Shown here piece by piece: positions 60,135 through 64,000 of a stretch of DNA of 64,000 bases (positions are counted from its first letter, which is position 1; each line of letters begins with the position of its first letter). Source of the stretch: Monocercomonoides exilis PA203 (taxonomy: Eukaryota; Protista; Preaxostyla); NCBI GenBank assembly GCA_001643675.2, contig LSRY02000032.1, positions 310,001 to 374,000 of the forward strand, read 5' to 3'. Made by a program: the position numbers and the translations under genes. Under the pieces are notes generated by a model. That model had not been told where the DNA came from, did not search any database, and saw nothing but the letters and a program-made list of their open reading frames with translations.

Positions 60135-63100
60135 ATGTCATCAAGAAGAACTGGCCGTGAGACAATTCAGCAAGCTTGTGACAGATGCAGAACAAAGTTT
60201 TTCTACTTTGATTAAATTATTGAATGATTTTACGAATTTACACATTGATTGTTAAATTGTCAAATAGAAAAATAAAATGTGACGGGTTTGGTTTTTTCCT
60301 TTTGTGTTATTTGCGCTTATAATGCTCGTAAAACTGCACTATCATGTTTAAATAGTAAACTTCCTTGTATGAGCTGCTCAAATAGAGGGTTGGAATGTTC
60401 ATACAACATGCCAACAAGAAAACGAGGACCATTGAGAAGACGTCTGCAAATAGATAGAATTTTTGAAAAGAAAATATCTTTAATTTTGATTTTTAAACAG
60501 CAATAGCTCCAGGAGTTTCACGTACTGGATCACATATTGGCAATCAGGTTTCAGTTCAAAATGATTTCAAGGAAAAGCAAGATGCAAAAATACCATTCCC
60601 CACTGGCTTGCCTTTACCATTTCTTGGGCCTCATCCCCTTGGACCAAGGCCATTATTTGTGCCTCAGAATGTAATCCAACCTACCACCAAATTTTCAGAG
60701 GCTTTCAGACAATCAAGTTCTTTATCACAATTAAATTATGCATCATTCGTGCCTCTGCATCCAGCTTCAAATGATTTCATAACATCTCCTCAACGACAAT
60801 TTTCATCACTTCGGTTTGGTGAAATCGCCCCTAAGGATCGTGTGGATGTCACTTTGCCACAATCCTTCCAAAGTCAAATAGTTTCATCCCAGCCAATTAG
60901 TCATGAAATTTCTCATTTGATACAATCGCCTCCTGATCCATTGCCAGCATTTTCCGTTCCGTCGATTGCTCATGGTAATTCGAGCAAAGATCCTTCATCA
61001 ATGACATCAATCAATATTCAAAACTTTTCTTATAATCCTTCAGCATTGCAACTCTCAACATATCCATGCACTCCTGGTACACCCATCAACACAAACGCAC
61101 AACCACTTTCGCAGAATGCTTCATCAAATCATAAGATTCACTCAGAGAGTATCCTTCCCCAGTCATACTCTTTTTCTTCGCTCGCTGCATACACTATCAC
61201 AATTCCTTTTGTGGCGATCGGTCCAAACAAAAGATTCTATCTTGAATTGTACAACAGATTTGTAAGCCCATTCCTCGGGATGCACGGCGAGGACCTATCA
61301 CTTTTTCAGCTTTTTCCGTTCAAACCACGAGAAGTGCTGATGGAAGCAAAGAGGCAGCATCTGGCGAAAGGGGCAGGAACTTCTTCAGCCTCATCATCTT
61401 CTTCTTTTCCTTCGTTGTCTCACATTTCCTCTTCACCAATTGATTCCAACTCCGGGCGAGCACGCGACAGTGCTTCTATGCGGCTGTCGCGGTTGGAGCA
61501 TCTTGCGCTGCACTATCTGGATGCACTCCACATCCAGTTCTATGTGATGGTCGGGTATGCAGCCGCACTAGCAGGACACGAGCACACCGCTGCAGTGTGT
61601 CTGAGGCAGGCGCGTGTGCTGGCTGCTGCGCTGAGCGACATGATAGGCAACATCCGCGACAACAAGACGTCGATCGCGGGGAGGATCATTGCCAACATGA
61701 ACATTATCAAAGAAATAGGGGAGATGATGCAGAAGCTGATGCTGATGGACAAGAAGGATGAGGAGAAAGGAAGTAGAGCATCTGGTACAAATGATGGTTA
61801 TTCAATAAAACAAAACAATTCCGAAAAGACACAAACAGAGAACAAAGGAGGAAGCACTGCCTCAGCAGATGCCTTTCAATCGCCTTTAGATGCTCACACA
61901 ACAAACCAACATGTTGCAGCAGATGATCAATCACTACCGTCGTCATTGAACAATTCTTCATTCAAAATTCCACAGCAATCTGCTTCACAAGGGAGAATAA
62001 TGGAAGACGATTCACAACAAGCAAACCCTTCACAGTTGCCTAGTTCTGCATCCAACTGCCCGTCCATTCCGTTCTCTCTCCCGTCGAGCTTCGAAGTGCT
62101 TGGGTGTGTGATGCAGACGCCAGTGCTGGACTCACTGACAGCCTCCCTTTCGATGCTTTTTTCGGTGTCCAGGGCTGTTCCGCTTTCTGTGTGCGATGCG
62201 ATGGAAGGGTGCTTTGTGCTGGAGTACATGAAAGGGATATATCTGCTCTCCCGGTTTTTCCTCATGCGCAAGTGCCGGCGCAGCATGCAGCTGAACCGCG
62301 TGCTGGCAGACCTGCTCGAGTCGGTTTATGTGCAGAACTTGCTCTTCACTGAGTTCACACCGTTTCATCGGCTTGTCGTTCATCCAGGGTTGTGTTTGGG
62401 GTCACATGCAAAAAGAAGAAGAAAAGAAAAAGTTGATCGAAGTGAAAAAGAAAAAAGATTCAAGCAAATAAACAAAGATAGTACTGAGGATTCTCGTCAT
62501 TCACCTAATATTGACATTGAAATTGATGCAGATACCGCTTCCGATGATTCCAACAACTCAGAAAATAAAGAAGAGAAAATGGATGAAAACGGAAACAGTA
62601 ACAATGAGGCTGCTGAACGAGGAAGCGCAGACACGGACAGTGAAAGTTGCAGTTCCGATGAAGGAAGCGCAATTAGCGAGAAGGAAGACACGTGCTCCCT
62701 AATCTGCGCAGAAAAAGTGGCTGAAGAGCTGAAGGCGATGGGAAAGCAGCTCTCGTTCTACGGACGACTGAGAGAAATAGAAGCGATAAAGAACAGGGAA
62801 GGAGAAGGTACACAAAGGAATGAAATGAATGAAAAGAAAAGCAGTCGCACCAGTGGGAAAGTTGAACCTTCAGCCGTCAAGAAGATCCTGGATTCTGTTC
62901 GAGACGGTGTTCGGATGGCGTTTCAAAGCAAAACAGGGAATAATCTTCTGCCTCGAGAATCTTTCCCTCCCAATAGTGCTCCATTCCAGCCGTTCCGCAT
63001 AATCTCATCTTCCTCCTCCAATCCAGCAGCGGCAGCTGTTGCCCCATCTCCTTCTTCATCTGCCTCTTCCGCAACTGCTCTGATCACCACTCGCTCCGCC

Positions 63101-64000
63101 CCACCCACATCCTTCACCATCATCACAGGATACACAAGCATCGTTCTGCAGGAGCCCCACTCCGCACTCGACTTGGCGGTGCGTATTTCGCGTGCAGTGT
63201 CCCGCTTCCGCTGCAGCCTCTGCGCCAAAAGCGATGAGAGCAACAGACAAAACGGAGATGAGCATCAGTCACAGAATCACACTTGCCACAAGGGAACAAC
63301 AGCTAAAGAACAAAGAAGCAAAAGTGGATTTTCCTCAAAGGGACAGCCATTGTCTTCTTCTTCTTCTTCGAACTCTTCTTCCTCCTCTTCCTCTCCTTTA
63401 AATCTTTCTGCGCCTCTCTTTCGCAATCATTTATCTTCTTCTCTTTCCTCTCTTTCGTCGACTTCTTTTTCTTATTTTCCGTCTTCGATTTTGAGTACAT
63501 TTGGCGGCAACTGGATGTTTGGCTCTGAAGAAAACGCACCTTATGACGATCTCCTCTTATACGGACACTGCAGTGCTGCAGATGAAACAGAGAAGTCAAT
63601 GAACTCTATGAGAACTTGGCATTTTTCAAGCACTTCAACCTTTTCTAATAATTCTTCTTCAGATGTTTCACAGTCTGCTCCTTCTGTCAACTTTTCTTCA
63701 TCACCAGCTGAAGGCCATTCGATAGACTATCCAACGATTTCTCCTGTTTCTAGAAACAAGGCTGTATCATCTCTGATGAAGATGGCGGAGAATGTGGAGT
63801 TTGTGCAGCTGATGAATGCGCTCGGGATGCACGCGTCGTCGGCGCTGCTGATGGACCTGTCTGTCTGGTTTGACAAGGCTGTCTCTGTGAAGCAGAAGGG
63901 AAGCTCAAGAAAGGAGGAGGAGAAAGAGAAAGAGAGTGAGAAAGAGAAAGACGGAGAGGCTTCTTTGAATGAAAACGCTGTTCCACTGGCTGATGAGCTG
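60135..64000 (+). CDS. Zn(II)2Cys6 (GAL4-type) transcription factor, 3'-partial; exons 60135-60196, 60268-60285, 60356-60441, 60501->64000
   Basis: Splicing gives ACDRCRTKKIKCDGKLPCMSCSNRGLECSYNMPTRKRGP, a canonical C-x2-C-x6-C-x5-C-x2-C-x6-C. The last exon appears open to the window end, so it is missing from the ORF track. Confidence 0.88.

Noticed and set aside
60279-60506. Zn2Cys6 variant with C-x2-C-x10-C spacing in the ORF track
   Set aside because: The first three Cys come from intron sequence; splicing gives the canonical spacing.
1-64000. CRISPR arrays, tRNA or rRNA genes, telomeric arrays
   Set aside because: None seen by eye; a tRNAscan/Infernal run would be needed to exclude small RNAs.

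Overview
AT-rich, intron-containing eukaryotic (protist) DNA using the standard genetic code. Gene families and style (poly-Ser/poly-Glu expansions, a Pmp-repeat receptor pseudokinase, a helical multicopy family) suggest an oxymonad such as Monocercomonoides; this is inferred, not proven. The left half (1-31.3 kb) is gene-dense housekeeping DNA: a broken kinesin-2 copy, a U1 snRNA, pecanex (PCNX4-like), ATG7, MGS1/WRNIP1, UFL1, a CFAP97/hemingway protein and topoisomerase IB. The right half is accessory DNA: foldback/MITE palindromes, a 2.6k-aa receptor pseudokinase, a Merlin transposon with TIRs and an 8-bp TSD, a disabled His-Me finger endonuclease, a spliced Sola-like transposase, decayed gene fragments and a Zn2Cys6 transcription factor running off the window end. 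Best finding: the U1 snRNA has ACAUACCUG instead of ACUUACCUG in its splice-site-recognition arm, and 18 of 20 intron donors I reconstructed in host genes have U at +4 (none has A), which this change would pair with. All exon/intron boundaries were reconstructed by eye.
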